A stretch of 64,000 nt of DNA from Octopus sinensis (GCF_006345805.1 NC_043010.1:34224001-34288000), one strand, 5' to 3'. Shown: positions 11,491-23,053, numbered from the stretch's first letter. The notes: generated from the letters alone by a model not told the origin. Translations and numbers: made by a program.

Positions 11491-12777
11491 CATTATCCTG
11501 TACTCAGTTCCTCGTCGTCTGCGACTTCTGTAGGCACAACTCTGATTTTGAGATTAGGTTCCTTTAAATGATTTGCTTTTCCTCCAACGTAGTTTCTTCC
11601 AACCAGCCATCAACGATGCCCTCTCTCGTACCCCTAGACTTTGATCACACGCTTGCTCTCTTGTCACATACCTACTGCCTCACCTGGTGCATTCTCTTCC
11701 TCTCACCATCGATCTTGCCACCAGACACTCCAGTTTACCGATTTACACAACTTCCCCCAATCCGACTCTGCCACTTCTTACATCTTTACTGAATAACTTC
11801 CCTCCTCTTTTAGGCATGACTCCAAACTGTGCAAATTTCTGGTTCACAGTTTTCTTCATCCTTTCCATGTCCAATTTTGTTCGCTTGCATGTTCACACTT
11901 TATCATACTGTCAAGGGCATTACACCCTGCACAGACTGAGGTTCACTTTCTATTCACTGGTCGCTTCAGTTGCACTCCATAAAATGTAATTTATTACATC
12001 AGATGCCAACTTTGGAGTATATTATTCATAGGAGAAACTGCACATCAAACTCTTTCAGTGCATAACTGACTGTAATCATCACTCAACACAATTTCTTCAG
12101 CCAGAAACCATATAATCTCCATCACCTTCGTTTCATCATTATTCACTGTGCTACTTCAGTAAAGAATACATTTTCACTCCAACAAATTATTTTCCATTCT
12201 TCTTTCTGTATCTCTCTTGAGAAAAGACAAATTATCTGAAATGTCAAAATCTCTTCCTTTCCCTTCATTTTCTTCTTTGCATTATACACCGACTTTGTAC
12301 TTTTTTGCTTCTTTATACATACATACATACAATGCATCCTGTGAACAAACAAAGCACATACATTATGTGCAATCAATAATGATTACAGTACTAGCACTGC
12401 TTTTAATTCATTACTGAATTTAATCTTACACATGCATCGTCATGGCATGTCAGCAAATAGTTTTTACACTATTTATATATAGTCAAAGACTGGCAATTTG
12501 ATTTGTCCCCGGTTTGATTCAGGCATGTGATGTTGATAAGCCACAAAAATGGTGAAATATTGGTATCCATCACTCCACAATTTGATGGGAGGTGAGTTGT
12601 CTCATCTGTCTATGACTTTCAGGTATTTTAACACCCAGCATTATGAGGGAGTCATCCCCAATCGCTATACTGCAGCAAACTGGCAAACAAACAAAACACC
12701 TATATTGAGTATGTGTGATCGATAATGTTTATGCATGTATCTGTATATGTGTGTGTACATGCGTGTGCCTGCATGCA

Positions 12778-13080
12778 TGACTCAGTGGTTAGAGTGACGG
12801 GCTCACAATCATGAGGTAGTGAGTTCGATTCTTGGACTGCTCTGTGTTGTGTTCTGAGCGAGACACTTTATTTCATGTAGCTCCAGTTCATTCAACTGTA
12901 GAAATGAGTTGTGATGTCACTGGCACCATGTTGTAATCGACCTTTGCCTTTCCCTTGGATAACATTTGAGGCATGGAAAGGGGAGGCTTGTATGCATGGT
13001 GATTTCTCCCCTGAGAGTAACTTTCTAGGTGCAATCCCATGGCCATTCATGACCGAAGGGAGTCTTTACCATTTTACCCT
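12778..13080 (+). mobile_element. tRNA-derived SINE family C
   Basis: A/B-box-like head ctcagtggttagag...gagttcgattc; homologous to 38268-38610. Confidence 0.75.
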
Positions 13081-13504
13081 TTACTCTATAATGTATATCA
13101 TTTTCCACAAAGGTTTTGGAGTTACTGAAATGGCCACAATTTTCAAAAGTGTTTATTTTTCAAGTTTTAAACATTCATTTTCACTGCTTAGTTTACCTGA
13201 CTTTAATGTATATGCACTTTGTTGGCATATCGTATAGACTTTGTTAGCATACCAGCATATCGTTTAATATCGTCACTGGTTGGCATGTGTGTTTGTGTGT
13301 AAATATATATATTCAGGTTGAAAGGTACAGTGACTCTTGCATGTCTATCAGCAATTAATTGAATTTCATATTGAAATTCACCTATTAAATTTTTAAAAAG
13401 TTTATTCATTTAATAATCAATATTTATAGTTTTAGTCTGTCTAGGAAGACTCCTTTCCACAACCAGAGAGCAGAGACATCTCTATCACAAATATGCTGCT
13501 GTGA

Positions 13505-14530
13505 TTATTACCTTGGCCTTAGCGAAGGCGGAGGTATTGTTTGCAGTCGTATTTATTAGTCTGTGGACAAGATATCTCAAGAACTGCTGGATGGATTCAG
13601 ATGAAACTTTCAGGATGTTTGGCCTTGTGACTGGCATGAACTGATTAGATTTTGGGATCGATAATTGTTATATTTACTTTACATGAAGTATTATAATCTT
13701 ACGTTCTTTCAAGTCTTTCCCTGATCATCTCCCTTCAAAGCACACTCATGGTTTCCATGTAAGTTATGATGGTGTTGCTGTTTCCAAAGTTTTATTTTCA
13801 TTTCTCTATTATTAATTTTACTTGTGTCTCTATCTTAGTAGAAACTGATGGATAAAGAAATCAAACTACATAAACAAATGGCAGCAAAACCATTCAGAAA
13901 TTAAATAACACTAACATATTCAGTGACAATAATAAATTTAATTTATCTTTGTGACAATTTTTAGTTTTACCAATTTTGAATATATCACTCGTTTAAAACC
14001 TCTTACCTATTTGACAAGTGCATTTCTAGCTCTGCCTTGAAGGAAACTTTACTTCTTGGACTCACGTTTTTATGCACAACGATGTTGTTAAACCTCTGTT
14101 AACAGCACTGTATGCAGGTCTTTTCCATTTTCTATCATGAATGGATAAATTTTTCACTATAGACCTTAATGGTCGTAAAGACACTGTATCATTGGATAGA
14201 CTAAAAAAAAGCCTTCATAGAGAAAACTGTCCCTGTTCCCACTGCAGACGACACACACAACATTACAAACACGGCCAGCACACCCACCTTCACATTCCAT
14301 GACAACCATTGGGATCGATCAGGTATTGGACAAGAATTCTGGATTATTGTTCTGTTTTTTTTTTACTTAATTTTTGAAAGCAGTTGGGTTTATTTTTAGT
14401 ATTCTCGTTTGTGAGAGCAGTTAAGTTTATTTCAGATATTCTCATTTTAAAAATAATCTCCGGCTAATCGTTGAGAGGACATTGGTGCTGCCTTGGCAGA
14501 GGTTTGTGCTCTCTGAGTGCTCTTGTTGTT
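13505..14530 (+). mobile_element. Non-autonomous Helitron/Helentron-like element interrupted by a 646-bp insert
   Basis: Starts ttattaccttggcc...ggcggaggt and ends ggcagaggtttgtgctctctgagtgc; split at the 11-bp direct repeat ttgggatcgat (13652-13662, 14309-14319). Confidence 0.55.
13960..14225 (+). pseudogene. Gypsy integrase C-terminal (GPY/F-like) remnant
   Basis: Frameshifted HVFMHNDVVKPLLTALYAG...DK-FTIDLNGRKDTVSLDRLK. Confidence 0.65.
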
Positions 14531-14679
14531 GTTGTTATTATTATCTTCTTCCTTCAGTTTTGTTTCCATTTCTTGCCAAGTGTCTTCTCAATACCTAGGG
14601 CAGAGAAAATAATAATAATAATATTAATAATAATAATGATGATAATGTTGATAATGATGATGATGATGATGATGATGAT

Positions 14680-14822
14680 GATAATTTCAAATTTTGGAAG
14701 AAGGCCAGCAATTTCAGGGGTGGGGGGTAAATTGATAACATCGATCCCAGTGTTCAACTGGTACTTATTTTATCGACCCCGAAAGGATGAAAGACAAAGC
14801 TGACCTCGGCGGAATTTGAATC
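14680..14822 (-). mobile_element. SINE family A fragment
   Basis: ggtacttattttatcgaccccgaaaggatgaaag is the reverse complement of the central block. Confidence 0.75.
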
Positions 14823-14829
14823 AACAACA

Positions 14830-15585
14830 ACAACATAGCAGCTCAAGATCTAGAGTTAAAAACAAACAACTTGAGGAAATATGTGTATGGATAGATGTCA
14901 GCAAAATGTTGAGTGTGTGGAATTTGGGATGAAACAATGGCATACATTGTTGCAGAATGTCCAAAATTGGCTCAGGGAGAATATAAGAAATGGAGACATG
15001 ACCAAGTTGTGAAATTTTTGCACTGGATGCTTTGTCAGAGACGAGGATTTTAAGCTGGAAGTATTTCGTATGATCATCGGGTTGATAGAGTGCCTGAGTT
15101 GGAGAAATGCAAGATTTTATGTGATTTTCCTATTCAAATGGATAAGAAGCTAGAAAACAATAAACCAGACATAACAATAATTGACAACGAAAAGCGAAGT
15201 TACTTACTAATTGATCTATCACGTCCGTTTGATCCTAGGATTGTAAAGGAAGAAGATGAAAAGTTAAATAAATGCAAACCCATAAAATTTGAAATTGCGA
15301 GAATTTGGAGTATGAAAACCGGAAAGGTTGCGCCTGTAATAATTGATGCATTAGGAACCGTGTGTAAAGATATAGAGAAATGGTTGAAGGAGATTTGAAT
15401 AAAATATCCTGTAGAGTTTCTACAGAAAGTTTATCTCTAAGGGACAGGAAAGATTATCAGAAAAGTTTTGAGCACTTGAAAGATTATTGAAAGCTTATGG
15501 ATAACTGAAGTTACAGGCAATAACTGCTACTCACATAAATTCTATTAGGAATAACAACAAATCTGAGTCAAATCGCACAATAATA
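14830..15585 (+). mobile_element. R4/Dong-clade LINE 3' end (CCHC finger plus restriction-like endonuclease), decayed
   Basis: IAAQD...ETMAYIVAECPKLAQGEYKKWRHDQV...NKPDITIIDNEKRSYLLIDLSRPFD...PVIIDALGTV. Confidence 0.85.
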
Positions 15586-15964
15586 TACATACTTTATTAT
15601 CTAATATATGAGTGCCTGCTTTTATCTGATTTTTTATTAGACAACTATATGTATATATTGTTATATTTGGAGATGGTCATTTTACCAATAAAAACACGCA
15701 TTATTTATTTGATCTTCACTTTAGCTTTATCATTATTATTAGTTTATTTGTCAGGATTCTTTTGTCACACATTCTGTGACCTCTTCAAAGACTTTCTCTT
15801 TCTCGTTCGCATCAAGAATCATGGAAAACAAATACATAAACGTGTATGTATGTATGTGTGTGTGTGTGTGTGTATATGTATGTATGTATTGTGTATGTAT
15901 GTATGTATGTATGTATGAATGAATGTATGTATGTATATAGTTAATCCCCCAAAAAAACGAAAAA

Positions 15965-16105
15965 AAAAACACAAGAAAAAAACAGCAATGTGAGGACGTG
16001 GTATATGCAAAGTATTAGCAGACGCTCAGGGAAGGAAAGAAAGGTAGTCTTATGTTTCGAGCAAAGTCCTTCTTCAGAAACAGGAGACAGAGGAAAGTCC
16101 AGATG
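15965..16105 (-). mobile_element. Short Penelope-like repeat with a degenerate hammerhead (16047-16081)
   Basis: Minus strand gttt-CTGAAGA-aggac ttt gctc-GAAA-cata-agac; same family as 11125-11300. Confidence 0.55.
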
Positions 16106-16368
16106 ATAATGATAATAATAATAATAATAATAATTAATTCTTTTTATTGGCCACAAGGGCTGACACACATGATTAGAAAACATAAAGGGACAAAACAGGA
16201 CGAAAGGTTACAAAGGGTTTTGTCCATTTGTGAAAAAATCGTGTAAAAACAGTGTTACAATGAAATAATATAACAACGAAAAACTCCCAATAGGGGGAGG
16301 CGTTACAAAAGGTTCCTGGTGGAAAAACCCATAAAAGCCCCTTTCTCCTTTTATAAAACCTTTTTCAA

Positions 16369-19300
16369 TCAAAGGCGAAACCTGAGGACTGGTCCATTTA
16401 TACTGGCCAGTCTCGCACAATTCACCCACCTTTCATAAAACTTGCTATCGGACAGCACTTTCCTCTCTAACCTCATCTTCCTTTTCAAGTGAAACTTGAA
16501 AAAGTTGATGAGGCCTTGACCAAAGAGGAAAGTGTCTGACTTTAGCCCTTTCAAACGAGTCCACCATACAACTTCTTTTGCCACAGCCACTAGGCACAAG
16601 AAAACGGCCTCGCCCTCCTTGTTAAAGGAGGTCGGCGGGGCAATCTTCACTATGGATTCGGCCGATAGTCGGATCCGTCCTACACGTGACAGTAGCTGTT
16701 CGACATAAACCCATATTTCAGCAATACTCAGGCACTGGACGAGTGCGTGCAGAATGGTTTCGTCGTCCTGGCAACACTTCGGGCAGGCCCATCTGACGGC
16801 ACTTCCGTGCCGGTAGAGTTTATCTCGAACAGGCAGAGCCCCTCGGTAGCACTGCCAGGCGAGCGACCTCTGGAAATTATCCATCGGCCCCGGCCCGAAA
16901 GTCCTCCCGAACAGACCGCTCAGTTCGTCATCTTCAACGCCTAGAGTTTCCCCGAGAACGTCGTCGCATTTTTCCTCCACTAACCCTCTATAGAACGCTA
17001 GAGTGGAGCTGTAACCGATCGCATTGCCCGCCTGGCGGAGGGCGGAGAGAGCTTGACAGCACTCAAGGTGCCAAGCGCCCTTTCTCGGTCTACGTTTGAT
17101 CCAGGTCTGCAGCTCTGTCAAAGAGACGAGCTGCGGAAAATCGTGTCTGACAAAAGACGACCACACCTGTTCACCGTCTAGGAAGCGCTTGAGATGTCGC
17201 AGCCTGAGCGCATGTCTGCGCATCAGCAACCACGGCATTCCAAGGCCTCCATTCAGCGGTTGTTGACAGCAGATGGATCGCCTGACCAGTGGCACCTGAC
17301 CCTTCCACAAAAAGTCGAAGAGCAGGCGTACCAGCTTGGCCAACCAGCGGTCGGGACAAGGGACGACGGTCAAGCGGTAGTAGATGACGGATGCGATGTA
17401 CGCATTCGCCACCTCTGCTCGACCTTTCAGGGACAGCTTCCTCTCGGCCCATTTCTGGGTGAGACGTGCCACCCTGCTCGTCACCTCTTCCCAGTTTTTA
17501 TCCACCTGGAGGTCCGGACCGAACCAGACCCCGAGCAGTTTAACGGGTCCGTCTGTCCAGCGCCCTGTTGGACGGCATGGGCTTGCCTCTCCAGATGCCC
17601 AGTTGCAAGCCCACAGACTTTTCCGCATTAATCTTTGCCCCTGTCACCGCTTCGTACTGATTTAGTGTCTCGCCAATGTGCCTGTGGCTCGACACCATCA
17701 CGGTGACGTCGTCGGCATAGGCAGACACGCTGCTTCCGCCTCCTAGATCGCGCGGGATACCCCTCAAAGCCTCCAACTTGCGCAGTAATGGCTCGAAAAT
17801 CAATATGTACAAGAGGGAGGAGAGAGGGCATCCTTGGTGGACCGAACGCGAGATGTCGAACGGTTCCGAAAGGTGACCGTTCACCCGTATCACCGAGCAG
17901 ATGTTGCTGTATAAAGCAGCTATCCACCCACGGAAGACTGGACCGAAGCCGGCTGCCTTGAGGACAGCTCCAAGGTACTGATGGTCAACCCTATCGAAGG
18001 CACTGGACAGACGGACCCGTTAAACTGCTCGGGGTCTGGTTCGGTCCGGACCTCCAGGTGGATAAAAACTGGGAAGAGGTGACGAGCAGGGTGGCACGTC
18101 TCACCCAGAAATGGGCCGAGAGGAAGCTGTCCCTGAAAGGTCGAGCGGAGGTGGCGAATGCGTACATTGCATCCGCTTGACCGTCGTCCCAGACAAAAGC
18201 AGGAATTCTCCCGTTTTGCTGCCAGTTGCAGTAGACATTTGCCAACAGGCCCGCAAACAAGTCTGGCATTGAAACGTAAAGCTCGTAGGGCAGACCATCC
18301 AAACCCGGCGATCTACCTCTCGTGCAACTCTTCATCGCTTCCTCCACTTCCCAGGCAGATATCGGTCCTTCGCAGCACTCTGCCTCACTGTCCGAGAGTT
18401 GGGGTAGGCCGTCCAGGTACACTCCGAAGTCTGCACCATTGTCCGTTCCACCTCTCGTCCCAAACAGTTGAGCAAAGTGCCGCTGAAGCACCGTACACAT
18501 CTGCTTCGGTTCGGTAACCTCGTGCCCGTTCTGGTTCACCAAAGACCGAATGGTTGCTTTGTTGCCTCGCTTCGCCTCCACCACGCGGGCCCATCGAGCG
18601 GCTCTAGTCTCCTCCCCGCTTAGCGAACGTGCCTTAGCTCTGACAACGCAGCCTTCGTGTTTGGCATCGAAGTGTTGGTCGAGGGCCAACCTTGCCGCCA
18701 ACACGTCGGTCGCGATGCCAGTCTAGTTTCTTAACTAAATCCCGCTCTCTCTTCCTACGTTCAATAGCTAGAGTCTTACTATACCTAATCGACTCTACTC
18801 TAATTGCTCTCTTGAGGGCAAACCACCAGTTGTTGTTGATGATTGCCCCCGTGAGCGCCCGCTTAACTAGTAAACTAATCCGGTCTCTGTAAGCTTTGCA
18901 CGCCGTTAACGACGCGTTCAGCTTCCAGTAGCCGGGTCCCTGTCTATGTAGCCTATCTAAGTCGACCGTACAGATCACTAATTTGTGGTCCGTATAGTCG
19001 ACTAGGTGGAATTGTGGACACCCTATGCTGTCCTTATCCGCTGGCCTACAAAACACTCTATCTAAGTACGATCTAGACGACCCGATGCGATTGGTCCAAG
19101 TCCACATTGGCACATTCGGGTTGTCTAGTCGAAACCTGTCAGACAGCTGAAAGCGGCCGAGTAGGTTGGCGAGGCTCTTGCACCCTCCCCCTCTCCTATC
19201 AGACGCTCCCCTGCCCACCCGATCGAAACGTTTGTCTAAGACAGCGTTCCAATCCCCAACTAGCACTAGAGTGCGTGACGTTCCCAGGAAAACTTCCAGA

Positions 19301-19629
19301 CGTTTGAAATAATCCGACTGCCCTGCTCCTGTCGGAGCGTAGGCAGCCGGCAGTCGGAAAGCACCGCCGTCACTACCGTCCACGTCGAGGACCACCAACT
19401 TACCTTCCAGATCCAAGAAGACTGTCCTTATTTTCAAGTCCAGGCCCTTCCGAAACAACACCGCAGTACCACCACCGCCCGCTCCCGGCCGACACGGGCT
19501 GCGAGTTCCTGCGGGTCGGAGAGCCTGGTTTCACTGATGGCTGCTACATCCACATCATGAAACCTCAGGTCGTTTAACAGGTGACCCGAGGCCTCTCACA
19601 TTCAAGCAACCGATTCTAAGATTTGCCAT
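16369..19629 (-). pseudogene. Tx1 ORF2 (APE-RT-zinc finger), disrupted
   Basis: Starts MANLRIGCLNVRGLGS (19629); LVGDWNAV, SYLDRVF, SPGLDGLP, QGCPLS, AYADD, CPKC..DETILHALVQC; several deletions/frameshifts and an inverted insert at 17999-18190. Confidence 0.9.
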
Positions 19630-19669
19630 GCTTCAAAAGTAAGGAAAAAAAAAGGAGAAGAAAAAGGCT

Positions 19670-21517
19670 CTACTTACTGTTGTTGGTGGTGGGGGTGGCT
19701 CTCTTGTGCTTTTGCACGGGTGCTTCTACAATATTTTTGTACAGTTTCTTAGAGAAACTTTTCCCTAACGATCCCACATCGTTAGGGAATATTTGTTTAA
19801 TTTCGTTGTATGTTGTTTTGTTTATTTTTATTGTGAGAATGTGTGCTGGTGGTGTGTTTTGTGTTGGTATAACGAAATCCGTTATACTTGTACTGGTTGT
19901 GTTTTTCAAATACTCAACCAGTTCCTGGTTTCTTGTATTTATTGATGTAAGTGCGTCTGTGTGTGTTTGAGTGTTTGGCAGTGGCAGTAGTGGTGTCGAA
20001 AGTGTTGTTGTTGTTTGTTGTTGTGAATGTGTGTTGTCGTTGTTGATGTTTGGAAGCACTATTTTTTCGTGCTTCCCCTGTGTGTCTTTTTGTTTTCTCC
20101 TCCTTTTCTTTTTTGGAGGCACTGTGCTCCATTCTCCTTTGTTGGAATCAGAGCTCGCACAATCTGAGTACTCTTCATCCGGCAAAGGAATAGATGAGGG
20201 GTCTGCTTCAGCAGCAGGACGAAAAGTTGTTGGTTCCGCCGGTATCGGTGGTGCCTCTGCTCCTGTTGCTGTTGATGGTGCCCGCGTTGGTGAGCTCTCA
20301 CCTTCTCTTCTTGCTGCTGTCGACCTTCTAGGTACTGGTGTTGGTGTGGTGGTTGTTGTTGTTGGAGGTGGTGTTGTTCGTCTTGGTGCTGGTGATGGTG
20401 TTGGTGGTGTGGCAGCTTTTGGTGTTTCGTGTTGTTTCTGTTGTTGTTGCTGCCTCTTGCTGTATGCCTCCATTCTCTTTTTTTGAATGGGGCAGTCCCT
20501 CTTTAAGTGGCGTTCGCTGCTGCAGAGGAAACATTTTGGCTTTCGCCCCTCTACAGCAACATTTAGCCTGGTGCCGTCCGGCAAACTAACGAAATCTGGG
20601 ACCTTGCTGATATTTTCTTGCTTGATCTGAGCAAGAAGCAGCACTCCCATCCCCAACCAGTTTTTCTCCCTGACTCTCCTGACATCCAGAATGGTGGTAG
20701 TGTCCTCTATGTCATAGAGGACAGCTGCCACCAGCCATGACATATCGAGTTCAGGCGGTACGAGGTCAATTTTTATTTTTGTCACTCTTCTTCCGAGGTG
20801 GGTTGGAACGAGTAACAAACTCTCTGTTTGCAAGGGCGAAATGGCGTGCGCCCTTGCTTGTTCCTCTGTTGGGAAGCGAACCTCCACAGTTCCGAAACAC
20901 TTCCCCTTGGTTACATAGCTCTTTTGGGCCCAAATTGGCTTTAGAGCTATCTCTAACTGTTGGGGTGTGGCGTTTGTCATTCTTTTGTATTTTCTGTCGA
21001 AAACCTTGTATGTGATTGTTTTTTTGTTTGTGTCTTCAATCACCTCTTGTGGAGTATTGAGGAAGATGCTGTTGCCATCCTTCCTCAACAACTCCTTTGC
21101 TTTTTTAATGTCTTGTAAAGTAATCTTTACTTCCTCCGAAATTTGCTTCGCAGCAGAAGCAAAATCGTTGGAAGTTTTTTCATTTTTCTCTGTGTTCCTG
21201 TTTGTGTTTGTCTTTGTTATAATTTTCCTTTCCTCCCCCTTCGGTACAACATCACATGTTGAAGGCAGAGGGGGGAAATCGGGAGTGACGTCGAACGCGA
21301 CGTCCTGGTTAGCATTCTCTTTTCGAACAGCGCACGTGCTTTCCGTTTCGGAAGGAGGATCTCTGTTGCCTTTTACGGCGCGAAGTAGGTGTTTTTTTGG
21401 TGTAGTTTGTGATAATGTGTGTGTTTGCGGAGGGAATGTATTTGGAAGGAAGGAACAGCTGACTGCTCGCTTCATAGCCATTTTTTTGTTTAAATGTTTG
21501 ATTTTTACAATGTTCAA
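19670..21517 (-). CDS. Tx1 ORF1 nucleic-acid-binding protein (615 aa, CX2CX4HX4C knuckle), uninterrupted
   Basis: KPKCFLCSSERHLKRDCP; low-complexity Q/P/T C-terminus; ends 40 nt upstream of the ORF2 ATG. Confidence 0.85.
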   Translation of the reverse strand: MNIVKIKHLNKKMAMKRAVSCSFLPNTFPPQTHTLSQTTPKKHLLRAVKGNRDPPSETESTCAVRKENANQDVAFDVTPDFPPLPSTCDVVPKGEERKIITKTNTNRNTEKNEKTSNDFASAAKQISEEVKITLQDIKKAKELLRKDGNSIFLNTPQEVIEDTNKKTITYKVFDRKYKRMTNATPQQLEIALKPIWAQKSYVTKGKCFGTVEVRFPTEEQARAHAISPLQTESLLLVPTHLGRRVTKIKIDLVPPELDMSWLVAAVLYDIEDTTTILDVRRVREKNWLGMGVLLLAQIKQENISKVPDFVSLPDGTRLNVAVEGRKPKCFLCSSERHLKRDCPIQKKRMEAYSKRQQQQQKQHETPKAATPPTPSPAPRRTTPPPTTTTTTPTPVPRRSTAARREGESSPTRAPSTATGAEAPPIPAEPTTFRPAAEADPSSIPLPDEEYSDCASSDSNKGEWSTVPPKKKRRRKQKDTQGKHEKIVLPNINNDNTHSQQQTTTTLSTPLLPLPNTQTHTDALTSINTRNQELVEYLKNTTSTSITDFVIPTQNTPPAHILTIKINKTTYNEIKQIFPNDVGSLGKSFSKKLYKNIVEAPVQKHKRATPTTNNSK

Positions 21518-21703
21518 AAAGTTTAAAACGTAATTTCACTCCCAATGGGGTAAAATTTTGCCTAGCCAACCAGCTTCGTACGAAGTTAGTCGGCTTGGCC
21601 ACACAAATATTAAAAAATATTTTAACTCACAAACAAATTTCCAATGAAATTGTCACAAAAATCACGGAGCTTCCGGAGACACGTCCATCCACGTTGAAAG
21701 AAA

Positions 21704-21758
<55 letters not shown>

Positions 21759-22004
21759 TAATATAGATAGTTTCATGACGCTCGGTCGAGCCGGGCGTCT
21801 GCCATTGAGAAGCATAAGCAAAGGCGAAATCACGTGATCTGACAGTTCCGGCGGCCGCAGTGGACGATTATCGCGTGTCAACGATATAAACACGAGTGCC
21901 TATATGCACCACAAGCCCATACAAGAGGTGCTCTCGTGGTAAATAACTCAGTATTCTGTGTTCTAACACATTTACTTTTAGTGCTATTTTGCTTGTTTAG
22001 GTCG

Positions 22005-22590
22005 TTAGACTGTGACCATGCTGGGGCACCACCTTGAAGAATTTCTAGTCAAATGAATCGACATCAGCACTTATTCTTTTTAGCCTGATACTTATTCTAT
22101 CGGTCTCTTTTGTCACCGCGGATCTTTTCCTTTTGAACGGTAGTTTTCAACACAATTTCTAGTTAACTAAACACTTTTAAACTTCGTATACTGGCAGAAT
22201 GTGTTAAAATAAAACATTTTTTTTCTCTTGGCTTTCTTGAGAAATTAAACTAAGTTTAAAAAAACAAATTACAATTTTCTCAAGAAAGTCAAGAGAAAAA
22301 AATGTTTTATTTTGACACATTCTACCAGTATACGAAGTTTAAAAGTGTTTAGTTAACTAGAAATTGTGTTGAAAACTGCCGTTCAAAAGGAAAAGATCCC
22401 TCACCGCTAAGTTACGGGGACATAAGCACACCAATGCTGGTTGTCAAACGGGGGGGGGGGGGGGGTAATGGACAAACGCAGACATAAAGACATACATTTT
22501 TGTCGAGCTTTTTACAGTTTCCGTCTATAAGGACTGAACACGGAACCAGGTGGTTGAGAAGCAAGCTTCTTCCATACAACTACGCCAGCG
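22005..22590 (-). mobile_element. SINE family B interrupted by a MITE
   Basis: Tail 22005-22500 and head remnant 22530-22590 on the minus strand. Confidence 0.65.
22119..22400. mobile_element. Palindromic MITE, ~125-bp TIRs, 6-bp TSD
   Basis: ggatcttttccttttgaacgg... / ...ccgttcaaaaggaaaagatcc; TSD tcaccg at 22113-22118 and 22401-22406. Confidence 0.85.
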
Positions 22591-22592
22591 CC

Positions 22593-22625
<33 letters not shown>

Positions 22626-23053
22626 GATTTCTTTTCTGGTTTAAGCGGTAGTTTAATTCAATGAAGTTATACAGCACGTGCTTATTTCCACCAAAAATTT
22701 GTGAAAATACAACTTTGAATGAGACAGTTAAGTAATTCATGCAAGAGAAAGGTAGCAATAGAAGCGTTCATAAAAATGTAAGGTTTAAGTTAAATGTGTT
22801 GTAGAAGAGCACATTATACGTACGCTCTTGATGTAAAGTTCTTTTAGGTCACACATATAATGTGAGCGGAAAATATTGTTGAGATAATCGAGATAAAAGA
22901 AAGGAAATCAACATACATGATTAAGTAACCTGGCGGAATCACAATACGGCAAATCGATGTTTCGTTCAACTGAAATGTATATTGTATTAAAACTAGTTGA
23001 AACAAGAGTAGACAACGATCGATTCTGTCGGTTTCTGTTCTGGTTGTGATCGT

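Larger units (their letters stand above)
16138..21704 (-). mobile_element. Full-length Tx1/L1-clade LINE
   Basis: ORF1 with CCHC knuckle; ORF2 with APE, RT (YADD at 17708-17719) and C-terminal zinc finger; 3' AATAAA at ~16143-16148; (AAT)n on both flanks. Confidence 0.9.

Noticed and set aside
19971-21533. Plus-strand ORFs of 171 and 188 aa
   Set aside because: They are antisense shadows of Tx1 ORF1.
22900-22990. Possible 40-nt minus-strand exon (tttcag|...ccag|gttact)
   Set aside because: Weak donor and poor pyrimidine tract.
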